Of a DNA stretch of 25,730 nucleotides, positions 7,934 through 17,478 are shown piece by piece. Below the pieces are notes generated by a model that had not been told where the DNA came from, did no database searches, and saw nothing but the letters and a program-made list of their open reading frames with translations. A program made the position numbers and the translations under genes. Numbering within the stretch: position 1 is the first letter of the stretch; every line of letters begins with the position of its first letter. Source of the DNA: a virus (lineage: Duplodnaviria > Heunggongvirae > Uroviricota > Caudoviricetes); the IMG/VR virus record IMGVR_UViG_2706794664_000009; one strand, written 5' to 3'.

Positions 7934-10761
7934 ATGACGGCAGAGTACATCAGGGACTGGCAACAACCGCGCCANNNNNNNNNNNNNNNNNNNNNNNNNN
8001 NNNNNNNNNNNNNNNNNNNNNNNNNNNNNNNNNNNNNNNNNNNNNNNNNNNNNNNNNNNNNNNNNNNNNNNNNNNNNNNNNNNNNNNNNNNNNNNNNNNN
8101 NNNNNNNNNNNNNNNNNNNNNNNNNNNNNNNNNNNNNNNNNNNNNNNNNNNNNNNNNNNNNNNNNNNNNNNNNNNNNNNNNNNNNNNNNNNNNNNNNNNN
8201 NNNNNNNNNNNNNNNNNNNNNNNNTGCGCCTGCTGCCGTCCTATCTGCGCGATCCGCTTATTCGCCACCTCTCCTTCCTGCGCAAAAAACAGGAAGCCGA
8301 TCGCCGGAAAGGCAAAAAGAGCTGGCAGGCGGAACGCTATGCACGCGGAACCCTGCGCAAAATATTCGAACGTCTGGATCGCACTGACGGACACTGGCTG
8401 ACACCGGGTTATCGCTCCCTTGCCGGACGTGAACGCCTGGACGATTTGCTTTACCTGCCGCAACTCAACAAACACCAGATACAGACGCTGGCCACCATGA
8501 CGGCGGCGATGTTCAGCAGCACCTTCGAAAAACTCTGCGATGGTTTTGGCGCGACTGATGGCGAGCTGACCATGGATGTAACGCTGAAGGCGTATCAGAT
8601 GCTGGCCCGCATGGCGTTACACTTACACGCCATGCCTCCGCATTATGACGCACTGACAACAGACAAAGACCGGAGGCACGAACCGGACACAGAACTGCTG
8701 CCGGGCGCAATCCTTCGCCTGACCTGTGCGGAATGGTGGAAACGCAAACTGTGGCTGTTACGTTGCGAGTGGAGAGAAGAACAACTTCGCGCCGCCTGTC
8801 TGGTTTCCAGAAAAACATCGCCCTATCTGAGCCAGGACGCGTTAAGCGAGTTTCGCGCACAGCGCGAGAAAACACGCGATTTCCTGAAAAGTTTCATGCT
8901 GGAAAATGAAGACGGGTTCACGATTGATCTCGAGACGGTGTATTACGCGGGAGTAAGTAACCCGGTTCACCGTAAGGCAGAAATGATGGCCACCATGAAG
9001 GGGCTGGAACTTCTGGCCGAAGCCCGTGGCGACAAAGCGGTGTTTCTGACTGTCACCTGCCCGTCAAAATACCACGCCACAACGGAGAACGGTCATCCGA
9101 ATCCCAAATGGAACGGGGCCACAATGCGCGACTCCAGCGATTACCTGGTTAACACGTTTTTTGCGACGGTCCGCAAAAAACTGAACCGCGACGGCCTGCG
9201 CTGGTATGGCATCCGCACGGCGGAGCCTCACCATGACGGCACCGTGCACTGGCATATGATGGTCTTTGCTCATCCGGAAGAAATCGACACCATTGTGTCC
9301 CACACCCGCGATATTGCCATTCAGGAAGATCGTCACGAGCTGGGCGATGACATAACTCCGCGCTTTAAGGCGGAGTATGTAGACGGCTCAAAAGGCACGC
9401 CAACCAGCTACATCGCCACCTACATCGGGAAAAACCTGGACAGCCGCGCCGTGGATGGCATCGACCCGAAAACGGGCAAGCCACGCGTTGACCACGAAAC
9501 CGGAAAATCAATGGCCGAGAGCGTGGAACGCGCCATCGGCTGGGCGCGCCTTCACCGGGTCCGCCAGTTCCAGTTCTTTGGCATCCCCTCCCGCCAGGTA
9601 TGGCGTGAACTGCGCCGCCTTGCCAGCCAGATGGCACGCAACCCGGAAAGCCCGCAACGGCTGAAGGATGACGCAATGGATGCGGTTCTTGCCGCCGCTG
9701 ATGCCGGATGTTTTGCCACCTACATAGAGAAACAGGGCGGCGTACTTGTTCCACGCAAAGACTACCTGATTCGCACCGCCTACGACCTCGCCGATGAGCT
9801 GAACGATTACGGCGAACAGAGCGTACAGATTTACGGGATCTGGTCACCACTCATCGGGGAATCCTCCCGTGTGTGCACGCATCCGGATAACTGGAAGCTG
9901 GTAAGACGCAAACCGGAAGCGGAAGACAGCGCCCGCGAAAATGGTTTTGACCTTCAGGGCGGCCCTGCCGCCCCTTGGACTCGTGGCAATAACTGTCCCC
10001 GTGTACAGGAAACGGACAACAACGGGACAGAACAGCCGGAAGAACGGCCAGCACCGTGGCCGCAGCTCCCTGACGGCGTTGATGTGGATGAATGGATGCG
10101 CTCACTGAAACGGCACGAACGCCGGGCGCTGATGCGTTCGCTTCGTGACAAACAGGCAAAAAACAGCAGTGATGAAATGCAGAGCTGGACACAGAGCCGC
10201 AAACAGCAGCGGCCTTTGCCTGATAACCACGAATTACTCGCTAAAGAATGGCGGGAGTCTGCTGAATCTCTCGGCCTGCATATCGGTGAACAACAGATGC
10301 AGCACCTGTTACGGGGCGGCAGTCTGTACGTTGACGGCAGCATCATTGCACCGCAGGGATTTGAAATTGTACGCAAACCGGATACCCGCCCGGACAGCCG
10401 AATCACGCAGCTCTGGCAGCGCCTGAGCCGTAATCATGGCGTAAGCAGCACGGAGATCCGCCATAACCCGGTCGCCAGCTATCTGACACAGCTGGGGGCA
10501 TCAGACCCTGAAGCCGCCGCACGCCTGGCATCCACACTTCAGCAGGACCAGAACACCATGAAAACACCCGTTACCGTGCTTTCTGACATGCTGCGCGCCA
10601 TCCGCGACGCAGAGCACGCACAGAGAATCAGTGAAACCACTGAACGCGCCCGCCGCAAAGCAGACCTGCTGCGGGGTGGCCTGACCAGTGGAAACAAAAA
10701 ACAGACAGAAACGGGACTCACGAATCCCGTAAATGAGCAAAAAACGCGCAGCGATATATGA
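7934..10761 (+). CDS. A: P2 gpA-type rolling-circle replication initiator (interrupted by masked run 7975-8224)
   Basis: Long frame 8227-10761 carries an HUH motif (VHWHMMVFAH) and a catalytic Tyr pair (SYIATYIGKN, YxxxY as in phiX174 gpA and P2 A). Likely start is ATG 7934; the frame on either side of the gap differs by 1, read as gap-length imprecision. Confidence 0.85.
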
Positions 10762-10803
10762 AGCGCGCACAAAACAGGCAAAAACGGGATTTCAGAATCC
10801 CGT
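10711..10803. promoter_or_regulatory. Two palindromic 20-bp repeats upstream of the parM-like gene (candidate operator or centromere-like site)
   Basis: acgggactcacgaatcccgt (10711-10730) and acgggatttcagaatcccgt (10784-10803), each an inverted repeat ACGGGAy-N6-ATCCCGT with conserved flanks (aaACGGGA ... ATCCCGTAAA). Copy 1 lies in the last codons of gene A; copy 2 is 35 nt before the parM-like ATG. Confidence 0.4.
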
Positions 10804-10837
10804 AAACGATTAATTAATCAACATAAGGAAAAGCGAC

Positions 10838-11814
10838 ATGAAAATTTGTATCGACGACGGCTCCACCAACATCAAGCTGGCATGGACTGAGAACGGCGAA
10901 CGCCGCAACGCCATCAGCCCGAACAGCTTCAAGTCGGAATGGTCTGCGCCGTTCGGTGGCATGCAGCCCGCGAACTACATNNNNNNNNNNNNNNNNNNNN
11001 NNNNNNNNNNNNNNNNNNNNNNNNNNNNNNNNNNNNNNNNNNNNNNNNNNNNNNNNNNNNNNNNNNNNNNNNNNNNNNNNNNNNNNNNNNNNNNNNNNNN
11101 NNNNNNNNNNNNNNNNNNNNNNNNNNNNNNNNNNNNNNNNNNNNNNNNNNNNNNNNNNNNNNNNNNNNNNNNNNNNNNNNNNNNNNNNNNNNNNNNNNNN
11201 NNNNNNNNNNNNNNNNNNNNNNNNNNNNNNNNNNNNNNNNNNNNNACCAGAACGGCGAAGCATTCACTATCCGTAACGTGCGGGTTATGCCTGAATCCAT
11301 TCCGGCTGGCTTTAAGGCACTGGCTGACATGAGTCCGTTTGAATCCCTGCTGATTGTGGATTTGGGCGGAACCACGCTGGATGTGGCAAAGGTTCAGGGG
11401 CAACTGGCAGGTATCAGCCAGGTGTTTTGCGATCCACACGTAGGCGTTTCTCTGATGGCCGATGCCGTACTGTCGGTGATGGCCACTAACGGTATGCGCA
11501 CCAGTCACCACATCGCCAATACCATTATCGAACATCGCCATGATGAAGCCTGGCTGCGCCAGCACATCCACAATGACGCGCATTACGCCAGCCTGATGGC
11601 GGTTATTCGTGAAAAGGAAGAAACACTGAAACAACGCGTGATCCGCGCGCTGGCGGGTTTTTCGGGTTACGGGCGGGTGATGGTTGTCGGTGGAGGGGCG
11701 GAGATTGTGGCACCCGCTATCCGCGAAGCCTGCGGAGTTAATGCGACTTTCATCGCGGACGGGGTGCCACAGTTTGCTCTGGTTAATGGGCTGTACGCAA
11801 TGGACAAGGAGTAA
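10838..11814 (+). CDS. parM: ParM/StbA-like actin-type ATPase (interrupted by masked run 10981-11245)
   Basis: N-terminus MKICIDDGSTNIKLAW ... ISPNSFKSEW resembles plasmid R1 ParM as recalled. Downstream blocks also match (DLGGTTLD, GISQVFCDPHVGVSL, GFSGYGRVMVVGGGAEI, LVNGLYAM). Total span is about 325 codons versus about 320 aa for ParM. Confidence 0.8.
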
Positions 11815-11818
11815 ACCA

Positions 11819-12130
11819 ATGACGACACCAACCAGACGGATAAGTTTCTATCTGAAGCCTGCGGCCGTCAAGAACGAAAGCGAAGCATGCGCCTGGCTGG
11901 GCAGCCTTACACCAGAAGCCCGCAAAAGCGGCCAACGCGTGGCTTTTCTGGCCGGGCTGGCACTTCTGAAAATGAATCCAGCAGAGGCTTACCGACTGGC
12001 TGCATGGGCTGACGATGAGGCGTTATCGGTGACACAAACCAGGACAGAACGCCCCGTGCCACAGCCAGTACCAACCGCACAGATAACCAGTCAGATAGCA
12101 GGGAATATCCGGGCATTATTTCCTGAATGA
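11819..12130 (+). CDS. parR: ParR-like small DNA-binding protein (putative partition or operator adaptor)
   Basis: 103-aa ORF starting 5 nt after the parM-like stop, with AAGGAG upstream. Local resemblance to recalled R1 ParR (RISFYLKP; QRVAFLAGLALLKMNP versus NRAALTAGLALYRQDP; NIRALFPE versus NILRSLFPKE). Weaker evidence than for parM. Confidence 0.55.
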   Translation: MTTPTRRISFYLKPAAVKNESEACAWLGSLTPEARKSGQRVAFLAGLALLKMNPAEAYRLAAWADDEALSVTQTRTERPVPQPVPTAQITSQIAGNIRALFPE

Positions 12131-12190
12131 CGAATTTGACGGCTTTTAATTTTATCGGGGTGCACTGTCGCCCCGCACGAGGAAAACACG

Positions 12191-12715
12191 ATGAAAAAAT
12201 ACGAATACATGCTAATGAAAGAAGCACTGCGGGCTGGTCTGGCTCCCTGTCCTGTATCCGTAGAAGCTGTTGTTGGGAACACGATTTTCCGAACGCTGCG
12301 AAATCGCGTATCCGTGAAGATGGTTCACCAACCACCCAAATCTACCAGCATGATCTATCTGCCGCTGCCCGAGGCTATCAAACTTATGCGTTCGCTGAAA
12401 TTTGCGATTTGGATGCAGACACAAATCAACAAAGCGGTGCAAAACACCTTCGTTAAGAGACTAATACCGGAGCTTGCTGCCAGATGTGCAAAATGTACCA
12501 GACCCGCACTTCAATTTGATCTGTCATTGATTCAACAAGCTACGGAGGCAGAACTGTACCGCCTGTCACCTATCCGTGATGCTCACACGGAAGCATCAGA
12601 AATGTTCCGGCTCATGTTTCAATTTAATTTTGCCGTTCGACGCACACGCGTTCAGGTCAATCGCATGATGCAGGAGCAGGAAGAGTTAACACAGTACAAA
12701 GGGGGCAGCCAGTGA
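12191..12715 (+). CDS. Hypothetical 174-aa protein; first gene of an accessory operon in the tin/old-equivalent locus
   Basis: GAGGA Shine-Dalgarno 8 nt upstream of the ATG. I recognise no motif or family. The region is AT-richer by eye than the phage structural genes. Confidence 0.55.
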   Translation: MKKYEYMLMKEALRAGLAPCPVSVEAVVGNTIFRTLRNRVSVKMVHQPPKSTSMIYLPLPEAIKLMRSLKFAIWMQTQINKAVQNTFVKRLIPELAARCAKCTRPALQFDLSLIQQATEAELYRLSPIRDAHTEASEMFRLMFQFNFAVRRTRVQVNRMMQEQEELTQYKGGSQ

Positions 12716-12951
12716 GTAATTCAGCACGACTACAGCTTGGTTTTTCACCGCTATCAAAAACCATCGTATTGGCAAAAATGCGTGACTTAGGAGACGGAAC
12801 AAAACGCCGCGTAGGAAATGATCGCGGTCGCGATGTAACCAACGAGGCCGCTCAACTCGTTTGGCATCTAGTCATGGCAGAAGGCGGTGAAATTAATTGG
12901 GAGCTGGATGATGGTTCTCGTATGATTTTGAGGGCCGAGAAGAGTAAATAG
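12712..12951 (+). CDS. Hypothetical 79-aa protein, translationally coupled to the upstream gene
   Basis: GTG start overlaps the upstream TGA (GTGA) and a G-rich stretch precedes it. No recognisable motif. Confidence 0.4.
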   Translation: MSNSARLQLGFSPLSKTIVLAKMRDLGDGTKRRVGNDRGRDVTNEAAQLVWHLVMAEGGEINWELDDGSRMILRAEKSK

Positions 12952-12965
12952 CTCAAGGGGGATTA

Positions 12966-13151
12966 ATGCTAAATGATGATGAAGAAGAGCTGCTTATGCA
13001 GGAATGGTCGCTCGGTGATTATGATAATGGTGAAAATGGGTGCCCGCATTGTGGCCGTTATCGTTTATGTATCTGCCAGAATGGAAAACACAGATGTGAA
13101 AAGTGCAATTGGTCTCCGGAACTTAATGACTACGTGCCGATCGAGTGGTAG
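12966..13151 (+). CDS. Small zinc-finger protein (61 aa)
   Basis: Acidic N-terminus, then CPHCG ... CICQNGKHRCEKC, giving six Cys and one His. Starts 14 nt after the upstream gene and is the last gene before the cos region. Confidence 0.45.
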   Translation: MLNDDEEELLMQEWSLGDYDNGENGCPHCGRYRLCICQNGKHRCEKCNWSPELNDYVPIEW

Positions 13152-13642
13152 AGGTAAGTCACACTAGGTGTTTTTTAGTTGATTTTATAAATGCACAATA
13201 GTGCACAAATTTGCACAATTTTTTTGAACGACTTTTTGCCCTTCCGGCCCGCGTGGCGGCTGGATCCGTCAAGGATCCGTGCATGCACAAAAAAACGCGT
13301 TTTTTCTGCGCGCAGGTGACGGGGGAACAGCCCGCGTTTCAGGGGGTAAATAGCATTCCCTGAACGATGTCGCAGAGATACAACAGAATGGCTGTATTTC
13401 TCACGCTGAGCGTGAAAAAGACGTGAGGGCTTTTGATTTGATGGGGTGAAAGGTAAGGCCGTCAAAATCGCACTGAGACGGCGAGAATATGCAGTCAACG
13501 AGGTGGGATTGCGTAAGAGTCTGACTGTCGATGATGGCAATCAGCAGGAAAGCGTCGTGAAATTATCTGACTGATACAGGAGCTGGAGAGTCGGGGCATA
13601 AATTTTTTATGCCCCGGCGAAGCAGCAGACAAGCGAAGCGCG
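13152..13642. other. Non-coding region in the P2 cos position, between the accessory locus and gene Q
   Basis: About 490 bp without a convincing ORF. Contains three TGCACAA(T) repeats (13190-13220), a perfect palindrome AAAAAAACGCGTTTTTT (about 13290-13307), a GGATCCGT direct repeat, GC-rich segments loosely like the P2/186 cos core, and a strong hairpin near 13590-13612. Exact cos ends were not identified. Confidence 0.4.
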
Positions 13643-14689
13643 TCAGGATGTGGGCTGGGTGTCTAACAGTGCGTAAGGGTTAAAGCGGATCACCTCTTCG
13701 CCAAGCCAGTCATTGATGTGCTTCATGGCCTCCATGACGGGCATCAGCTCGTTAATTGCGTAAACCCGCGCGGCCTTCTCCACATCACCAAACGCACTTT
13801 TTTCGCCCGGCATCGCCCCCATCAGTTGCGGCGGAACGCGGTGCGCAGCCAGCACATCATCACGGGATGCCGCCTTAACATTCATGAACTCATCCTTTGC
13901 GGTGATCTGCTGGAACGGCAAAATTTGCACCCCCTCTTTGCCCCCGTTGGGCGCATGAATGAGCACGTTTTTAAACGCACCACCACCACGTGCCCCCTGT
14001 AGCGTTTCTTTCAGGGAGTCCATGCTTTCGCGGTTTACCTGCGCTGCACCGATGTAGATGATGCACCCGGCGTGGGATCCGTTGTCGTAGTACAGTTTTC
14101 TGAACATGTCCGCCGAATGAGAAAGGCTGGCCGAGAGTAATGCGCCAAGATATTCCGGCATGCCGTAGATTTCCTGGTTAATATCCGGATTCATCAGGTG
14201 GCACACTTTGCCAGGACGAAACTGAAACGCATCCTTGCCATCCTGCACATACCACCATGATTCAAGATCGCTTCCGCGTCGCATGTATTTCGCCAGGGCG
14301 TGCCGTAATTTAAGCGGTTCGCCGAGCATATTGCTCCGAAGCTCAAGGAATGCGTTACCGAACACAAACCAGTCCAGCGCCAGCGCCGAGAAATCCTGCC
14401 GGGAAAGCAGCGGGTGCGGAATATAGCAGCCGAGCAATACATTGCGCTTAAAGTAAAGCGCAGACTGATGCCAGGACGTTTGCCGGGCAGCTCTTGCCAG
14501 ACCGTACCAGTCCACCGGGGTTTCATACCACCGCCCGTTATCAGCACAGTACATATTGTCCAGCAGGTCATGCCCGGTCAGGCGGTAAGGACCATCAAAT
14601 GTGAATGCACTGAGCGACGATTCTTTCCTGAGCGCATCAGCGAGATCAATGCGTGAACTCATGCGCACTTTTTTATTTTTTCTGCTCAT
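13643..14689 (-). CDS. Q: Portal protein (P2 gpQ homolog)
   Basis: 348-aa ORF, size and position as P2 gpQ (about 344 aa), downstream of and 1-nt overlapping the terminase gene, adjacent to the cos region. Confidence 0.9.
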   Translation of the reverse strand: MSRKNKKVRMSSRIDLADALRKESSLSAFTFDGPYRLTGHDLLDNMYCADNGRWYETPVDWYGLARAARQTSWHQSALYFKRNVLLGCYIPHPLLSRQDFSALALDWFVFGNAFLELRSNMLGEPLKLRHALAKYMRRGSDLESWWYVQDGKDAFQFRPGKVCHLMNPDINQEIYGMPEYLGALLSASLSHSADMFRKLYYDNGSHAGCIIYIGAAQVNRESMDSLKETLQGARGGGAFKNVLIHAPNGGKEGVQILPFQQITAKDEFMNVKAASRDDVLAAHRVPPQLMGAMPGEKSAFGDVEKAARVYAINELMPVMEAMKHINDWLGEEVIRFNPYALLDTQPTS

Positions 14690-16268
14690 CAGAACTCCAT
14701 AACCGTGAAACGCTCGTTTTCTCCTTCGCCGCCAATCGGTTCGTTAATGACAGCAAGCATGGTTGCCCACGCAAGGTCGCCGTGGCTGATCCCCCTCGCG
14801 CGGTCCGTTTCGTAAGTGATAAAACCGCCCGGTGTTTTCACCTTACGCACGGCGTTAAAGGCCGCAACCAGCTCGCGTTCGGCGCGATCGTATTCCCACC
14901 GCCCGGCACGCATTATTTGCAGCATTTTCAGTACCAGCGACCGTTTTGATGACAGCGTGAAGGTGTAAGGGATGGCGGCGGGAAAAAACCGTTTCACTAT
15001 CTGATAGACGGCATCCCCGTGCCCGCCCGTCGCATCAATGCCGATGTGTTCCACGTTGTAGCGATACGTGAACTCTTCAATAACTCTGGCCTGCTCTTCA
15101 AATTCCAGCCCCTGAACGCGTCGCGTCTCCACCGTTCTGAAACGACCACCAGGAACAGCCGGAGGAACCACCACGGACACAGCGCCGCTGTCGCCGTTAC
15201 CACTGCTGCCGTTTGCGTCATACCCAATCCATACCGGACGATTCCCCATCGGGCGGGGGGCAAAGGGTTTCCAGTCTTTCCAGTCGTCGTATCCGTCAAC
15301 ACCGCAGCCAATCAGGATATTCAGGTTAAATGCCGATTCCCCTTCGCGGACAAACTCACACATATAGAGATTGCGGAACTCGTCTTCGGTGTTTTCATCA
15401 CGAATTTCATCAATATCGGTGTGTTTCCAGCCGTGATTAACCACATCTTCCAGCGTGACAATTTGCCGCCACGTCCGGTCAGGGCAGATAAGCCCGTTAT
15501 GCAGCGTTTTCCAGTCCACAGAAAAACGCTGGCGTTTATGCGCGGCCTTTTTCTCGTTCCAGCGGTCGCCGTTCCAGTAGGCGTATGCCTCGTGCGTTTC
15601 GGTGGATGGCGTGGAGAAGCAGGTGCGCCGCAGTCCGCTGAGGGTTGCCATAGCGCCAGCCACCTTGCGCAGTTCAGCAAAGCGACTGACCCAGAAAAAT
15701 TCATCAAAATAAAAATTGCCCGTGTAAGATTGCGCCGTCGCAGCAGAAGTGCCGAGAAAATGCATCTCTGCGCCGTTGGAGAGGATGATTTTATCGCCCC
15801 CTTTCAGCTCCACATCGACTTCAGCCGCGGCCTTCTGAATAATGCTTTTAAACTGGAACGCCTGACGACGCGACGCAGACAAAAAAATCTGGTTACGCTG
15901 GTAAGGTTGTGCCACATCGTCACGCAGCGCCATCAGCAGTGCTTCCTGTGCAAAATACCAGGTCGCCCCAATCTGTCGGGATTTCAGGATCATCCTGTTA
16001 CGTATCCCGGCTTCCCTGCAAAGCGTCAGGGAGTCAAACCAGCCCCGCTGATGCCACTCCAGCCTGCTGATGATTTTTTCCCGCAGTGCGGCAATCTGTT
16101 CCGGCGTGAAATGATTTTTGAGTTTTTTCGCCCGGCCTTTCTTTCCTGTGGCCGTCGCATCCGGCTGGCCATCATGCAGTTTTTTAAGCTGCCGGGTCAG
16201 CAGGTCTATTTCCTTAAAGTCACCACCTGTTTTATTCTGTTTTTCAGTAAGCTGGATGAGGCGCGCAT
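14689..16268 (-). CDS. P: Terminase large (ATPase) subunit (P2 gpP homolog); 5' end inside masked run 16269-16537
   Basis: Long minus-strand frame directly upstream of Q. Expected length of about 590 aa places the start inside the gap. Terminase-like internal sequence and P2 synteny. Confidence 0.9.
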
Positions 16269-16618
16269 NNNNNNNNNNNNNNNNNNNNNNNNNNNNNNNN
16301 NNNNNNNNNNNNNNNNNNNNNNNNNNNNNNNNNNNNNNNNNNNNNNNNNNNNNNNNNNNNNNNNNNNNNNNNNNNNNNNNNNNNNNNNNNNNNNNNNNNN
16401 NNNNNNNNNNNNNNNNNNNNNNNNNNNNNNNNNNNNNNNNNNNNNNNNNNNNNNNNNNNNNNNNNNNNNNNNNNNNNNNNNNNNNNNNNNNNNNNNNNNN
16501 NNNNNNNNNNNNNNNNNNNNNNNNNNNNNNNNNNNNNTTTCTTACAACAAAAGCCCTTTGTATCAGCCTGTTACGCTTTGCCATCATGACTGAAGAACCA
16601 GTCAGAGGGGCAAAAACT

Positions 16619-17455
16619 ATGGCTAATGAAAAAAAGACATCCCGCAAAAAGTTTCGCGTGGCTGTCTCCGGATCAACTGTTGATGGCCGTGAAATCAGTC
16701 CGGTGCATCTGCGTGAAGCCGCCGAGAACTTCAACCCGGATGTTTACGCTGCCCGCGTGAACGTTGAGCACTATCTCTCGCCATGCCCGTCAAGCGAATT
16801 TTCCGCAATGGGCGATGTCACCGCACTGAGTACGGAAGACATTACGGAAGGTCCGCTGGCCGGACGTACTGCGCTGTATGCAGAAATCGAACCGACCGAG
16901 CGCATGAAGCAGCTTGTCGCGGACGGCAAGAAAATCTATTCCAGTATCGAACTGCACCCGCAGTTCTCCGTTAACGGGCGCGCCTATCTGGTCGGGCTGG
17001 CGATGACCGACACCCCGGCAAGCCTGGGCACTGAGCGCCTGAAATTCACGGCACAGCAACGTCAGGCGGTGATGACGTTCAACAGTATCCAGGGTGAAGC
17101 ACCGCTTATCTCCGAAGCCATCGAGTCTGAAATCATCGAAATGGCAGAACAACGCCAGGAAGAAGGCACCCAGTGGTTTAACCGCGTAATGGGGATTATT
17201 GGTCGTGGCCGCAAAGCGGATGACGCCAGTTTCTCCCGTATTCAGGAAGCGGTGGAAAGCGTCGCAACGTCACAGGCCGACATTATCGACCGTTTTAATG
17301 CGCTGGAAACACGCCATCAGCAGGACAGCCAGAAAATCACTTTACTGACCACGGAGCTGACAGCACTGAAGGAAAAACTGCGCACGCAGGACGGCGATCC
17401 GCAGAACCGGTTCACCGCAACGGGCGCAGCCTCCGACCAGCTGGCTGACTTCTGA
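16619..17455 (+). CDS. O: Capsid scaffolding protein (P2 gpO homolog)
   Basis: 278-aa ORF from ATG 16619 with a G-rich RBS. Matches recalled P2 gpO (KKFRVAVSGSTVDGREISP; KIYSSIELHPQFSVNGRAYLVGLAMTDTPASLGTE). Divergent from P. Confidence 0.9.
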   Translation: MANEKKTSRKKFRVAVSGSTVDGREISPVHLREAAENFNPDVYAARVNVEHYLSPCPSSEFSAMGDVTALSTEDITEGPLAGRTALYAEIEPTERMKQLVADGKKIYSSIELHPQFSVNGRAYLVGLAMTDTPASLGTERLKFTAQQRQAVMTFNSIQGEAPLISEAIESEIIEMAEQRQEEGTQWFNRVMGIIGRGRKADDASFSRIQEAVESVATSQADIIDRFNALETRHQQDSQKITLLTTELTALKEKLRTQDGDPQNRFTATGAASDQLADF

Positions 17456-17478
17456 TAAGACAAAGGAGCAAATTTTTT

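Noticed and set aside
7397-7966. 189-aa minus-strand ORF
   Set aside because: Overlaps the co-oriented early ORF 7562-7927 (which has a strong RBS) and the gene A start, and runs against operon polarity.
8513-10781. Several minus-strand ORFs of 80-161 aa (8513-8875, 9064-9336, 9365-9850, 9851-10192, 9954-10406, 10501-10781)
   Set aside because: All lie antisense within gene A, whose plus-strand frame carries the HUH and catalytic Tyr motifs. Their translations are Arg/Cys/Pro-rich and low-complexity, typical of non-coding frames.
12131-12190. Possible LexA (SOS) box upstream of the accessory operon, by analogy with the phage 186 tum region
   Set aside because: The only CTGT-containing stretch (cactgtcgccccgcacgag) does not fit CTG-N10-CAG. 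No SOS box was found by eye here or in the cos region.
11907-12456. Minus- and plus-strand alternative-frame ORFs (11907-12335, 12091-12282, 12127-12456, 12212-12442)
   Set aside because: They overlap the ParR-like and 174-aa genes, which have proper RBSs and operon context. Kept only as a caveat that coding-frame assignment in this unassigned locus is less certain.
13175-13540. 121-aa minus-strand ORF in the cos region
   Set aside because: Lies in repeat- and palindrome-rich non-coding DNA at the cos position. The translation is low-complexity and basic, and there is no RBS.
15019-16593. 524-aa plus-strand ORF
   Set aside because: Entirely antisense to the terminase large-subunit gene P, which has clear P2 synteny and homology on the minus strand. 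Long spurious antisense frames are common in GC-rich coding DNA, and this one spans a masked run.
16538-16618. Ogr-type late promoter (TGT-N12-ACA) between P and O
   Set aside because: Only an ACA-N12-TGT arrangement (acaacaaaagcccttTGT) was seen in the visible part, and most of the P-O intergenic region is masked, so no call was made.
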